DNA from: Flaccisagitta enflata
Lineage: Eukaryota
DNA length: 64,000 nt
Assembly (NCBI GenBank): GCA_965153355.1
Contig: OZ231126.1
Coordinates: 24,056,001 to 24,120,000, forward strand
Direction: 5' to 3'
Shown: in pieces, positions 14,480 through 28,432 of the stretch
Numbering within the stretch: position 1 is the first letter of the stretch
How the letters are laid out: each line of letters starts with the position of its first letter
Translations under genes and position numbers: made by a program
The notes under the pieces: model-generated
Database searches by the model: none
What the model was told of the DNA's origin: nothing
Seen by the model: the letters and a program-made list of their open reading frames with translations, nothing else

Positions 14480-17301
14480 CGTTCCAGTGACTATATTAAA
14501 CAATTCTTCGGGTGCGCAGAGGAAGCGATATATGCTATGATAAACTCAGCGCTGGTCGCGACGTGATCAGTACCAGCGTCATTCGCAGTCTTCTGATTCC
14601 AACAAAAACAGTACAAATGACGGTGATTACTGTGGGAAGTCATGTTGTTGAGGATCGTTTCATCGCATCATTCACCATGCAATCGTTCGACGAGGAATAC
14701 GTCGTCGACGTCAACGACGCATTGGTGGGTGATTTGTTAACGAGTGAACGCGATATTCCTCCTTTTCTCCACGACCTATCTGACCAACCTCACATCGAAG
14801 GCATAAAATTTCCAGAAGCTGAAGGCGGTGTGATGATGATCATCGGAGCGATGCGGATACATGAAGTCGCTCAAGAAATCCCGTCGAGGGGGCCAGGATC
14901 TTTGACTTGCTTCAGATGTCTATTCGGTTGGACTGTATGTGGAAAAACGGGCAAGAGAGGACGAGATATTGCGTCGATCAACGCTATCGCGACCGACGGA
15001 TGATTCGCGTCCTCCGCGATAACATCGATATCCTCGACAATCGCGTCCTCAACAGCAACATCGACCGCATCTTCTACCATGACTTTGCATCGTCAATCGT
15101 CTCGCAAGAGGAGATGGGTGATTCCCTTGAAAATGTCAGAGCGTGCAAAACGTTAGAGGAAAAGATATATTTTTGCCCAATTGTGAAAAAATACTTTGCT
15201 CCCGTCACATGGAAATTTCATCATGAAAAAATCATGGAGATTCTGAGAAGAGTGAAATCACGACCGACTGCGATGAAGCGACTCGGTAACCAACGTTTTC
15301 GCTTCAAGCGTGATCCAGCCTTCAAAAGAAAGAGTCTTCCGTGAAATCGAAGTTTCACGAGGCGGGGTGGCGATTGAGATTGACGCGTCGGCGATAGCAG
15401 CGGCATTGAAGCCGCGCTGGTACTTGCCGCTTCATATTGTCGAATTGCGCGGAAAACGCGCGTATGTCACGATGCGCGTGCGGCGACCGGCAGGATCTCA
15501 CTCAATGATTTGCTCGTCGGAGGCCCAAATTTGATGAATAGCCTGATGGACATCCTCATGCGTTTTCGTCAGTGGAAAATCGCCTTTGTGTGACATAAAG
15601 GCGTTTTAAATCGCGTCCATCTGGCCACGCTGATTTATTCAGATTCTTTTGGTTCAAGGACCGCACTCTTCGAGAAGCAATTTTGAATCTGTTTTTATCA
15701 CACGTCTTCGGCAGCCAATCCAGCTCATTCGTCACATCTTTCACCGTCAGAAAGCATGCTGAAGTAATCCGGCCCAAATACCCCTACAACGTCTACGATC
15801 TTATTCGCTATGGTTTTTACGTCAGCGACGAAGTGGAGTGGGGATTGGTCGGCAAGCACTGCAACTAAAGGTGGATTCAGTGGCGGCGATGGCGGAAGGT
15901 GGGATGGATCTTGTGAAGTGGAAGAGCAATGCGCGGCAATTGATGGATGGAGATCCAAATGTGCCAATCCCCATTTCAGATAAGCAAGATGATGCGCCGA
16001 CGAAGGTGTTGGGCGTCTCATGGCTTCCGGCGGAAGACGTCTTTATTTTCATCTGCGACGAAGAATTCAAAACTCTTAGAGCAAAAACACCTCGTCAATT
16101 GGTCTCTATGCAAGCGAAACTTTACGATCCATTGGGTTTTTGGTCCAGCGCATACATCGGCAGACGTCATCTTCAACTCTGTCGTCCACAGGAAGTGGGA
16201 TGGGATTCGCCCTTGGAAGAAGCGTTGAGGAATCTTTCTTCAGCTATACTTCATCTTGGCCTCTTCTACAACAATATCGAGTGGACGCTGGTGGAATGGC
16301 GGCGTCGACAATAGCGACATTGCGGAAGTAACAATCGAGTTATTTTGCGATGCAGCTCCAAAAGGCGGATATGGAGCAGTTGCATATCGACGTCAAGTCC
16401 ATCAGAGATGGAGATGTTCACATTTCATTCATCGCCTCCAAATCTCACGTCATTCCTCTTAATCCAAACGTGCTTCTCATCACAACAGCGTTCCACGCGT
16501 CGAGATTGTATCCGCAGAAAAAGCAGTGCAGCTCAAACGCTTCGTCGGAAGGACCATCAACTTGGACAATCTTGTCGTCAGATTTTGGTCTGATTCTGAA
16601 TCTGCACTGAAGATGATTTACAATCCGGCAAAACCGAGGCCTGTATTCTTAGCCAATCTTCTCTCCAAGATCCATAGTGGGTCTGATCCTCAACAGTGGC
16701 GCTGGGTTGACTCGTCAAACAACCCGGCGGATCACTGTAGCAGAGGCATCCAGGCCCATGAAGCTGAAAAATGGCGTCAATTCCATCAAGGCCCTGCATT
16801 TTTGCGTCTTCCCGAAGATCAATGGCCCCAGACGAACATCGCGACGTGCCCTATTTCTGAGTCGCCGCTCTGTCGGCTGAGTGAAAAGAAACAAGTGGCT
16901 ATTGTGTCTTCTGCAGCCGCTTCTCGAGGAAAATGGATGCAGAAATTACGGATTATCGGCATGGTTCTCATCGCAGGCAAAAGGTGAAGCGTATCAAGGC
17001 GAAAACACGAGCAACAAAGATCTCCTTCCAAAGCCGGAAGTAGCGCAGGCGTGGAGGAAGGCGCGCAAACGGCTCGTCAAGTCAATGCAGCGGCAGCATT
17101 ATTCTGACGTCTTCGAACAATTGGAATTGGGAAAAGTTTTCAAGCCAGAAAGCCGTCGTGACTTTATCATAAAGAACAAGGAGATGCGGAAGTTGAACCC
17201 TTTCGTCGACGACGGCATCCTTCGCGTCGGCAGTCGATTGGAATGCCGACATCTCTCACGGCGCTAAATTTCCCTTCATCCTGCCGCCAAAAGACGAGAA
17301 T
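14480..17301 (+). pseudogene. pol: pol: aspartic protease, reverse transcriptase, RNase H and linker, frameshifted
   Basis: VPVTI..IYAMINS/AGRDVIS (degenerate protease site); WYLPLHIV, SLNDLLVGGPNL, FRFFW, HVFGSQSSSF, FYVSD (RT, YVDD-like); KVLGVSW, LYDPLGF, LFCDAA..GYGAVAY, FWSDS, NPADHCSRG (Pao RNase H region). Confidence 0.9.
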
Positions 17302-18423
17302 GTGAAATCATTAATTCGCCATTATCATCATAATGATTTTCACGCGGGTGCAAAGCATACATTGTGCCAATTACGCCAATTTGTGTGGATTACAAAAGGT
17401 CTTCAGGCCGTCAAGAGCGTCGTCAACACGTGCTTTAGATGCCAGAAGAACTTTAAAAAGAACGCAAATCAGCAAATGGCCAATCTTCCATCAAATCGCG
17501 TCAATCAGGCGCCTGTCTTTGCAGAGACTGGATTGGACGTCATGGGGCATTTCATGGTAAAAATGAACGGGCGTGCTGATCACAAGGTGTGGATCGCAGT
17601 GTTCACCTGTTTCGTGTCACGCGCCGTCCATGTGGAATTGCTCTTCAACATGTCAGCCGATGCGATGGTAAATGCAATCATCCGCTTTGCAGCAAGGCGC
17701 CCAGGAATCCGCCGTTTCACCTCAGATTGTGGAACGAATCTAGTCGGCGCCAACAATATCCTCAAGAAGGAAATGGAAGCTTGGAACCGCTCGTCAACTC
17801 CTGAATTGCAGCGGCGCGGCCTTCGGTGGGATTTTATCACGCCGAGAACACCCCACTATGGAGGGGTGTGGGAGAGAATCGTCGCTCTCTTTAAGCGCCA
17901 TCTTGCTTCCATCTCAACTGGCGCCATCCTCCACGTCGACGCCTTCAACACTGCCGTCGTCGAAGTTGAAGGAATTCTCAATCGCCGTCCTCTAACAGCG
18001 CTCAGCGATGATCCAAATGACTCTGAGGCCCTTACACCGAATCATATCCTCAATCCATCAACATCCGGCCATGCCCCTCTGGATCTGGTGCAACAAGGCG
18101 TCAATTCTGACGCCGACTCCGCGAAGATTCAATGGAGGCGTGCGCAATCGCGTGTGGATGCATTTTGGAAATCGTGGAGGGTCGAATATTTATCGCTTCT
18201 TCATGCGCGAAGCAAATGGTCGAGATCTGAGAAAGACTTTGCGGTGGATGACATGGTCATCGTCATGGACGAAACGCTGCCTCGTCACAATTGGAGCTTA
18301 GGACGTGTCATGGGCGTCGAGGGTTCGTCAGCCCATGTCCGGAGGGCTCACATCCGGCGCCAAGATGGAAAGATCGTGACGAAAGACCGCACGAAGCTCG
18401 TGCGGCTGGAATTGGACTCATAA
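17302..18423 (+). CDS. Integrase, open C-terminal part of the polyprotein (HHCC zinc finger, DDE core, DUF5641-like tail)
   Basis: H..H ... CFRC; GLDVMG, TSDCGTNL, GGVWERIV; LNRRPL; FWKSWRVEYL..W..LPRHNWSLGRV; 373 aa uninterrupted. The listed start is not a true initiation codon. Confidence 0.92.
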   Translation: MKSLIRHYHHNDFHAGAKHTLCQLRQFVWITKGLQAVKSVVNTCFRCQKNFKKNANQQMANLPSNRVNQAPVFAETGLDVMGHFMVKMNGRADHKVWIAVFTCFVSRAVHVELLFNMSADAMVNAIIRFAARRPGIRRFTSDCGTNLVGANNILKKEMEAWNRSSTPELQRRGLRWDFITPRTPHYGGVWERIVALFKRHLASISTGAILHVDAFNTAVVEVEGILNRRPLTALSDDPNDSEALTPNHILNPSTSGHAPLDLVQQGVNSDADSAKIQWRRAQSRVDAFWKSWRVEYLSLLHARSKWSRSEKDFAVDDMVIVMDETLPRHNWSLGRVMGVEGSSAHVRRAHIRRQDGKIVTKDRTKLVRLELDS

Positions 18424-18774
18424 AAAACGCTAAGTTTTGAGAGAGAGAGAAAAAGGCGCATGGGCCTGTCCATTAGTAACTATAGATATGAGTGATTGAT
18501 ACTCTGACTTGTTATATTTACAAAGAGTTGTTATTATTCATATTTGGTTCTGATTATCCATGCTTTCATCTTTCCTCTTGTCAATTATGTTGTCCATTTC
18601 CATTTACACATCAAAACACTGATTCATTCGCTCTGTCTATATGTACATATTATTGTGCCAAATCCGTTCTTACCTTTATCAGTTCTTCAACACGAACATT
18701 TCAAAGCTTCCGCTGACGACGTCATTCCATCTACGAAGTCAGTTTGCATCTTGAAGTCGCTCGTCGGAGTCAAG

Positions 18775-20894
18775 ATGTCCCGTCAGCAGCGTCTCGAGGC
18801 TGAAGCCGACGTGTCGACGTCGTACGGATCCTTGGATCTTCATCGACTCTTCAACGACGGCTCGACTCGAGAGGGATCTGCATCCACGACGTCGTTCGGG
18901 GCGGAGGAGGAGGCTGTCGCGCTGGCAGCCTTCAATGGCGACCTTCGTTCCGTCGTCGACGCAAAAATGGCGAATAAAAAGCGTCAACAAGATGATGCGT
19001 TGGTAAATCGTCAACAGCCATCCAACGCCGTTGATCCCGCGTCGCTTCCTCCATTGGTGGTCATCAAAGATGAGGTTCGAGCGGATTGCGATCAATCGGC
19101 CGCCGACGGACTTATCCACCACTTCCGCGGCGGCGTCATCATCATCGGATTTGCCCCCATCGCCTCAATTCTGCCTTGATTTCGGTCGCCCAGCGTCTCG
19201 TGATCAAGCGTCTGCAGCTGCACGTCAACGCAGCGGGGGCGAAGAGAGAGAGAGATTGGTCAATGATGGAGCAAGAGTGGAGGAGGAGGGGATGGAAATA
19301 GAGGAGGAGGTGTTGGTGAATGGGGAGGTGGTGGAGAAAGGCATTGACCCGGAAGTGGACACTGCGACGCCGGAAGAGAAACACCAACGGATGCAGGCGC
19401 GTTGGTGGTATCGTATCATCAGTCCGGACGTCGAAGTATCTCTCCTCTTCAAAGAGTTTGAAAAACTTTCAGTATGCTGCAACAAACAAACTCTCATGCG
19501 CTCATCGGCTAATCAAACAGAGCTGGGCTCGGAGACTCTGGAGCGCAAAATCCAAAGCAACAAAAAGAAGGAGGGAGCATGATAAGGAGGTTCGTCGCAT
19601 GGTCCAAGCGACGAAGAGGAAGAATGCGGCTCCGAAGCCTCCTGGTGCAACTGCTGTCGACGCTTCCGCAACTCCACCAGCGGTATTCGTGCTCGACGCA
19701 GCCGCAGCTACATCAGCGGCAATTCACTCTACAGCATCAGGAAGTCGTCAATCGCGCCCTGGATTGGTTCATCCCCCAAATCAGCAGCAACAGGGTCCTC
19801 GTGACGTCACTCCCTCACAACAATCGAAGAGATCACGTCGGGGAAAGACTCCACAAACGCGCAATGTGCAGAGTCAACAAAAAGGGCCAAATTCCAAAAG
19901 CAAAGGCCCCCTTCAAGCGCCTCCAGGCGCGCCCCCTGCAGCAGTAACGCCCAAAGGCCAAGGAGAAGCTTCAAGTGGTTCGTCGACGGCAACGTTGGCA
20001 GCAACCCAGAAGCTGGATCAGGCGCCTGGGGCAGCGGCAGCAAAGGGGAAGAAGACCAAGAGAGCTGGGAAAAAGCACAAAGCAGCAACCAAGGGAGGTT
20101 CTACTTGCGGTGCTTCGGCGTCCGCTGTTAAACCTCAAGTCTCTGGTCAGCAGACGGGAGCGTCTTCCTTTCACTCGCAGCCATCAAAAGCCGCGGTAGG
20201 AAGCGAACTAGTTGGCGGTGCTTCAGCATCTGTTAAAGCTGGTGTAGCGCCTCGTCAGCAAACCGAGTCTGCCCAAGGTCTGCAGCAAGTGCAGAACCCG
20301 CCTCCCCCGTCGGATCCAGCCTTTGATCCTGCGCATGGACACCACATCGCCGAGTCATTGCTACGAGAAGCCTCTTTACTGACCTCAAATGCTCCATTGG
20401 GGGTGGTGAAGAATTTAGCATCAAGGCTTCCAAAAGACTTCTTCGCGTCGCTTCCGCCGCGTCAACGAGTTGAAGCGGCTCGTCAAGTCTTGGACGAGAG
20501 GATTCGTCGCAACATCCAAAAGGAGAGAGACGATGCTCGTCGAGCAGCAATGGCTGCGGACAATGAGGTGGTCAAAGGCAATAAGCGAGTCGTGGAACTG
20601 GAGAAGCAGCTTGAAAAGGAGAAGCAGGCCTGTGCGATGAAGGCTAAGAAGAAAGAGGAGGCGGTGGAACGCGCAAAGGCGGCTATGGCCGTCGACTTTA
20701 AAACTGCGTCCGCTGTACGTCCAAAATTTCGACTGGCGCCGAATTGCGATGCAGCATCTCCACCTCCTGCGTCTTCTCCAGCAGAAAAAGTCGGTCAGCA
20801 GATCCCGTCGCAAAAAGACGCTCCCAAGCCTGGGAATAAGAAAAGAAAAATCGAACCAGGCCTTGGAAAAATCAGACCGCCAGCTAAACGCTGA
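18775..20894 (+). CDS. Extra ORF downstream of integrase (three overlapping frames; basic, A/P/Q/K-rich, coiled-coil-like, not env-like)
   Basis: ATG in CAAGATG context at 18775; overlapping ORFs 18544-19179, 19031-19582 and 19320-20894 (524 aa); GC-rich coding-like composition between AT-rich spacers; no signal peptide or TM segment seen after this ATG; KKRK motif near the end. Confidence 0.6.
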
Positions 20895-21933
20895 TTGGTG
20901 CCACGCCCAGTTGCCTTTCAATTTAACTACCAATTTGCAACATGGCGTGGAGAGCGCCGCCATTCGCTGAGGATCGTATTCCACCGTGCATCCTCATCCC
21001 ATCGATGGACAGGCCGCCCAAGTCGGGCGCTACCCGGGGCGTGGGAATGACGTCCGCCCCGGGGCCTGGCAAAAAACGCCCGCGTAAGTATCATGGTTTG
21101 GGAAGGGTTGAGGTTGAGTTTTTGTTGTAAATTTGAATCTGTGTACGATAAGAACTTTACTAATCAATCTGCCCCTGTTCTTTCTCTTTCTTTTCCTTCC
21201 CTTCGGGGAGGATTTACTCTCAGGCAGCTGCACCACCTGCGCCTTTCGATGCGGTCGCCGTCGACGACATCATTCATCGCCTTTCGCCCACGAGTTGACG
21301 AGATGTTGGAGCCGGAATGACCCGCTCGTCTCTGTAATGGAGAAGGCGCAGGTGATGTGGTCGTTCCATGATGCTTACTAATTTTTCTTTCATTTAACAG
21401 ATTCGTTTTTATTATATAGTTAGTAATTTATTTAATTTTGTCTTGTTTTGTTTGGTTCTTTGGAACATGTACATTTTTGTTGTGTTTGTTTTAGACATGG
21501 TCTTTTTAGTCATTATTACGAATACTTTAGTATGACATGTTTTAGTAGTATGCCCCCACTTATCTTTTCCCACTCTCAAGTCAAATCCCAGGCTTGGAGT
21601 GCTCCTAGGCCCGTTCCCCTTTCCCCCCCCCCTTCCCTTTAACTTTTTTCAGAACGGGCGCCTCAACCTCCTCGTCGCCGCCTCGTCTCCATCCGCGTCG
21701 TCATTGATCGTTGCAAATTTGCTGGTGGTGGATCCTTTCCGGACGGGAATCATCATTCGTGCAGTCGTCGATCTGTTGATAGTTAGGGTGGGGATGTAAG
21801 AGGCGGTGGACGGGGGGGAGGGGCGGGGGTTGTGTCTATGTAAATTTTTTTTTAAGGAAGGTAGTATCGGTTTTTTAGTAGGGTTTCCCCGACTGGAAAC
21901 TAGGTGTCGGATTTTTGAAATTCGTGAAATTCC

Positions 21934-21948
21934 AAAAATGGGGCAGAA
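21934..21948 (+). other. Polypurine tract
   Basis: AAAAATGGGGCAGAA immediately before the 3' LTR; equivalent at 27384-27398 in copy 2. Confidence 0.7.
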
Positions 21949-22983
<1,035 letters not shown>

Positions 22984-23499
22984 GAAATACAGATAGGCAG
23001 GCTCAGTGTCAAACAGACCGACAGGCACCAATGGACAGACAGACACGCAGGCAGACGGAATGTCACGGGTCGAAGATCGGAGGTCAAAGCCGCCATGGCG
23101 AAGGCGTCTCAGAAGTCTCGATGCACGTCTTCTGCCTCTTGAGAGGGCGAAGCAGAAACGAATTCAAGATGGAGGGAGGGAAAGGAGGTGAGGGGGGAAA
23201 GAGGGATAAGGGGCGGGGGGGATAATGCCACGGTTACGGTAGGGGGTAAGGCAGAGACATAAATCAGAGGAAGGGCGCCCTACAAAATAGGTGAAACGGG
23301 AAGAGAATTTTTGGATTAATTGCGATGGTAGGTCGATGTGTCTAAAACAGTGAATCAAGGCGACTGAGAATGAAATCTCCGTCTTTGCAAAATTTTTCTT
23401 TTTACATTTTTTGAATTAGCGGCAAGACATTAGGAGGGCATCAGCTGATAGTTGTTTCAAGTCACTGCAGCGACAATCAGAAAGCGCTTGAGAAGTACA

Positions 23500-23735
23500 G
23501 ACGATGTTGGTAGAGAAAAGGTGTCGGTGAAGCACAGAAGGTGCTGTTGGAGCAAAAAAGATGTTGATGAACCAAAGAAGATGTCGGTGAAGCACCGAAG
23601 GTGTTTGTGAAGCAAAAAGGTGTTGGTGAGGCAAGGAGGTGTTGTCGAAGCAAAGAAAGTGTTGGTGAGCTAAGGAGGTGTTGGTGAAGCAAAGAAGATG
23701 TTGGTAAGCACAGACGGTGTTGGTGAAGCAGGGAA
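23500..23735. repeat. ~19-20-bp tandem repeat (GTGTTGGTGAAGCAAAGAAG-like); paralog at ~35445-35640
   Basis: Directly visible degenerate array. Confidence 0.8.
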
Positions 23736-23937
23736 GGCATTGGAGATCCTCAAGAGAGGGCAAGAGTGAGAAATGGGAGTCTTGACCTTGAATCGACCTT
23801 TGAATAAGCCAAAGTTCATCGCCCTTTTCTCGAAGAAGCGCGACCTCGTTCTACTTCCTTTCCTTCTTTCTGAATTGTATTATCAGTATTCGTTTCTTTT
23901 CTTCTGTTCTTGACTTCAATTTTCTTTTCTTGATATA

Positions 23938-24712
23938 CAGGGTGTCCCAAGTCAGTTGTAACATAAAGAATCAACATATCTCTGCTTCTAAGTTTTCAAA
24001 TCAATTTCTGAAAAAATATCTATGATGATCTAGGTCTGCAGTTTTTGTCACACCAAATTTCAACTTTGAATATTGGATAGTTGCAGGTCAGAAAAATATA
24101 AAATGAGTGGTAATGTTAAGTGGAAAATTATCTTTTTCATAGCTCTATTTTGAAGTAGCTGACTTTAACTGTCTGCTATTTTTGGACAAATTAATCTAAA
24201 AACCTGGGATTGGTCTCAAATGAAAGATAATTGTACAGATTGTACATCTGCTTTGAAATCTTGGAAAATTTTGATGATTAATACCTTTATTGATGATTTT
24301 TATCAAAAATTGTTAAAATCAAAAGTGGAAATCTAGAAAAAATCAATGAAAATCTTACATTATTTTAGAAAATTGGTAATTTTTTTTTGTTGATCTAAAA
24401 TCTATGACAAATTATCTGCCATTTGAGACCAATCGCAGGGTTTTAGCTCAATTGGTTGAAAAATGCCAAGTAGTTAAAGACAGCTACTTCCAAGTACAGC
24501 AAAAAATAAAAAAACAAAAAAAACATGGTGAGAAATCACTAGTGTATTTTAAAGAAACACGGGCCCTAAACAAAAAGTCTGATTGTCATGAAATTTTGCA
24601 TGCAAAAAGTGCAGACGAAGATTTTTTTAGATTTTTTTTCAGAAATTGGATTGTAGACCTACAAGCAGAGATATGTCGATTCTTTATGTTACAACTGACT
24701 TGGGACACCCTG
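23938..24712. mobile_element. Tc1/mariner-type MITE (775 bp)
   Basis: TIR CAGGGTGTCCCAAGTCAGTTGTAACATAAAGAATC... (>50 bp, near perfect); TA on both sides; absent from paralog B (~35841). Confidence 0.92.
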
Positions 24713-25055
24713 TACACTGTTTTGCAAATCTCTGTTTCCTCTTGCCTAACAGGTTTGGATGTGACAAAGCTTCTTAATACAACTTTACTCCTCGTTGCAT
24801 GCTCTTTGACGTATCATTGCCCTACTTTTTCCCCCTAAAAGGATTTGTTCGCCTCTCATTTGACAAAACTACATATCTACATATCTACATATCCTTAACC
24901 CTCTCCTATCTAATCCTCCTTTTAGTCCCAAACCGACTTAAAATTCTTTTCTCAGTCCCACAATCCTCAACCCATGATTCTTCTCCCCCTTCTTAAACTA
25001 TGTAAGCAACGAATCCAAGCTTCCATCCCACAATCGTTACCCAACCGGCAACCAC

Positions 25056-25490
25056 CCTTCTCCCCCTCATGCCCCCCTTCTCTCGCTCATGTCCCTCTTC
25101 TTTCCCTCATGTCCCTCTTCTTTCCCTCATGTCCCTCTTCTTTCCCTCATGTCCCCCTTCTCTCCCTCATGACCCCTTCTCTCCCTCATGTCCCCCTTGT
25201 TTCCCTCATGTCCCCCATCTCTTCCTCATGTCACCCTTCTCTTCCTCATGTCCCCCTTCTCTCCCACATGTCCCCCTTCTCTCCTTCATGTCCCCCTTCT
25301 CTCCCTCATGTCCCACGCCATGTCTGAGAATCTCGTTGAACCTGCAACTCCCCTTCTCTCCCTCATGTCCCCCTTCTCTCCCACATGTCCCCCTTCTCTC
25401 CCTCGTGTCCCCCTTCTCTCCCACATGTCCCCCTTCTCTCCCACATGTCCCCCTTCTCTCCTTCATGTCCCCCTTCTCTCCCTCATGTCC
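25056..25490. repeat. 20-bp minisatellite (CTCCCTCATGTCCCCCTTCT); paralog at ~36180-36420
   Basis: Directly visible; copy A also carries an internal duplication of the downstream GCCATGTCTGAGAATCTCG block. Confidence 0.9.
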
Positions 25491-26056
25491 CACGCCATGT
25501 CTGAGAATCTCGTTGAACCTGCAACTCATTTCTGGATCAGATTCTCCTCCAAAAATTTGGGACATTTCTCGATGAGGCTGTGACCTCTTTGAGGACCTTT
25601 TGCCATGGCCACTCCTGCGTCGCTTCGTTCCAGCTCAGTCTCCCTTCTTAGATTCCTTTTCGTTTCTTTTTACTTCTTTTTCTTTTTATCTTTTTGATTC
25701 TTTTCTTATCTATCTTGTGTTTCTCGACTTATTAACTGCCTTCATCATTATCTTCTTATTCTTCTTTTTTCTCTTTTTCTTTATCTTCTTCTCCTTCTTC
25801 TTCTTCTCCTTCTTCTTCTTCTTCTTCTTCTTCTTCTTCTTCTTCTTCTTCTTCTTTTTCTTTTTCTTTTTCTTTTTCTTCTTCTTCTTCTTCTTCTTCT
25901 TCTTCTTGTTCTTGTTCTTGTTCTTGTTCTTGTTCTTCTTCTTCTTCTTCTTCTTCTTCTTCTTCTTCTTCTTCTTCTTCTTCTTCTTCTTCTTCTTCTT
26001 CTTCTTCTTCTTCTTCTTCTTCTTCTTCTTTTCCTGCTCCTTCTTCACCTCCTTCT

Positions 26057-26207
26057 TTTTAGTTGCGGACACGCAACTCTACAAGAGGCTTTGTCCGTCC
26101 GTCCGTTGGTTGGTCGGTCCGTAACCATCGAGTCGAACAGTGAGAAAACGCGCATTTCCGCCCCTGCCCACCCGTCCGCAACTGATGGCCGTGTATCCGG
26201 CCTTGTT
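26057..26207 (+). mobile_element. DINE-1/HINE-like element, family 1 short variant
   Basis: TTTTAGTTGCGGACACGCAACT ... GTCC repeats ... CCGCAACT ... GGCCGTGTATCCGGCCTTGTT; absent from paralog B; no TSD. Confidence 0.75.
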
Positions 26208-26333
26208 CTCCTTTATCTGTGTTTGTTCCAATCTCCTTGCATTACTTATCTTATTTTCATATTTCCAAGTTCAATCTTTCCTTACCTACGGATTTGTTTT
26301 TGAAACATGTGTTCTTGTTGGTCCTATAATTCG

Positions 26334-26390
<57 letters not shown>

Positions 26391-26460
26391 TCTTCGGCTG
26401 CCATTGTCCAATTTCGCTTTCGGAGGTCGAAGATGAAAAGAATCGAGTCGTTTTTTAAAT

Positions 26461-27383
26461 TGTTGAAATATAAATTACGCCCACGAGTTTCAACTGGCAC
26501 TGTCTATGAGCGTCTATCTGACTGACGACTTGTGGTGAAAGAAAGTTGGCCGATTGGAAAATAGGAAGGCGATCGTCTCGTTTATTCCATAAAAATTTCA
26601 ACAACTGAAGAGAGGGGGGAAAAATGAAAGGGAAAGTGGGCGTTAATTTTGATCAGCAAACGCAAAAGATAACATGAAATCGAGACAGAACACAATAAAG
26701 GACAGAAACAGCACATGACTTAACATGTTCATCTTCTTAGAACCCATGCCCTGATAATACCTGCCTATACCAGGCCTATCCCATTGAATTCATCCATATC
26801 ATCACAATAGAAAGCTGATCGGGCAGCGATAAAAACCATACTAAAATCAGTCGATAAAAATGCAAAAGGGCAAAAGACAAAAATAACAGACTAGGAAAGA
26901 CAAGATAAAAACAACGTTAATAAAAGCAAAACAGCGTCTATAAAACTTACTTTTAGGCCCACTTTCGTTGGTTTCAACCCACAGTCTGTCGATGTCAAAT
27001 TAACGTTAATTGTCCGTTCATAAGTTCATCTACTACCCACGTAAAAAAGATGAATTGATGAAGTAGCAAATTCAGGGCACATTTAATCAATCACGAAAAA
27101 TCAATCAATCACTTTAGGAAGCAATGCCGCAAATAAATAAATCAATCAATCAAAAATTGGATGATAAGACAGTTACGTATGTATGCCTACGTAATAAAGC
27201 AAATGAGCACAAAATACAGGCATAACCATGGTTGCTGTTACCCATCTAGCGCGTTCAATATAAAAAATGGCGAAACAAAAAGACGCTGGCATTGAATGAT
27301 AGAGAAAGAAGAAAAACCAAAAGCACTCAGAAGAAACAAAAAGCACACATACTTAATAAACGGACGGACGTACATTTCTAACA
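26461..27383 (-). repeat. Single LTR of copy 2
   Basis: TGTTAGAAAT...ATTTCAACA on the minus strand; 923 bp; preceded by the PPT. Confidence 0.9.
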
Positions 27384-28432
27384 TTCTGCCCAATTTTTGG
27401 GAACTCACGAATTTCAAAATCGACATCTAGTTTCAGTCATGGAAACCTACTAAAAACCGATACTACCTTCCTTAAAAAAATTTACAGATACAGCCCCCGC
27501 CCCTCCCCCCCCCGTCCACAACCTCTTCCGTCCCCACCCTAACTATCAACAGATCGACGACTGCACGAAAGATGATTCCCGTCCGGAAAGGATCCATCAT
27601 CAGCAAATTTTCGGCGATCCCGATGACGCGGATAGAGACGAGGCGGCGGCGAGAAGGTTGAGGCACCCGTTCTGAAAAAGTTGAGGAAGGGGGGGAAAGA
27701 ATGAGCCTGAGCACTCAAGCCTGGGATTTGACTTGAGAGTGGAAAATATGAGTAGGGCATACTGCTAAAACATGTCATGCAATGTTCGTAATAATGACTA
27801 AAGATACAATGTCTAAAACAAACACAACAAATGTACATGTTCCAAAGAAACAAACACAACAAGAAAAAATTAAATAAATTACTAACTATATATAAAAACG
27901 AATCTGTCAAGTAAAAGAAAAAATTAATAAGCATCATGGAGCAATCACATCACCTGCTCCTACTCCATTACAGAGACGAGCGGGTCATTCCGGGTTCCAA
28001 CATCTCGTCGACTCGTGGGCGAAAGGCGATGAATGATGTCGTCGACAGCGACCGCATCGAAAGGCGCAGGTGGTGCAGATGTCTGACAGTGAATCCTCCC
28101 CGGAGGGCTGAAGAAGTCGGGCAGAAGCCATGCAGATGGGTTTCGCGTCGTCAGCGGAAGCTTTGAAATATTCGTTAACGAGCAATGTGAAAATGAAACG
28201 GATTTGGCACAATCGTATGTACATGTAGACGAAGCGGAATGAATCGTGTTTTTGATGTATTATTAAATGAATGATAACATAATTGACAAGAGGACAATTA
28301 AGCATGGATAATCAGAACCAAATATGAATAATAACAACTCTTTGTAAATATAACAAGTCAGAGTTTCAATCACTCATATCTATAGTTAAATGGACAATAT
28401 GCGCCTTTCTCTCTCTCTCAAAACCATGATTT

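Noticed and set aside
15183-17011. RT/RNase H loss in copy 2 as a spliced-out intron
   Set aside because: A GT...AG excision would give CCAATTCAAC, but the junction reads CCAATTGCAGC; weak donor and no pyrimidine tract.
18544-20894. env gene
   Set aside because: No TM anchor, furin site or Cys-rich ectodomain visible; the hydrophobic start of ORF 18544 is only translated AT-rich spacer with a non-ATG start.
23164-23358. Short minus-strand ORF shared with 35041-35319
   Set aside because: Shared only because of the A/B duplication; many amino-acid changes and no recognisable domain.
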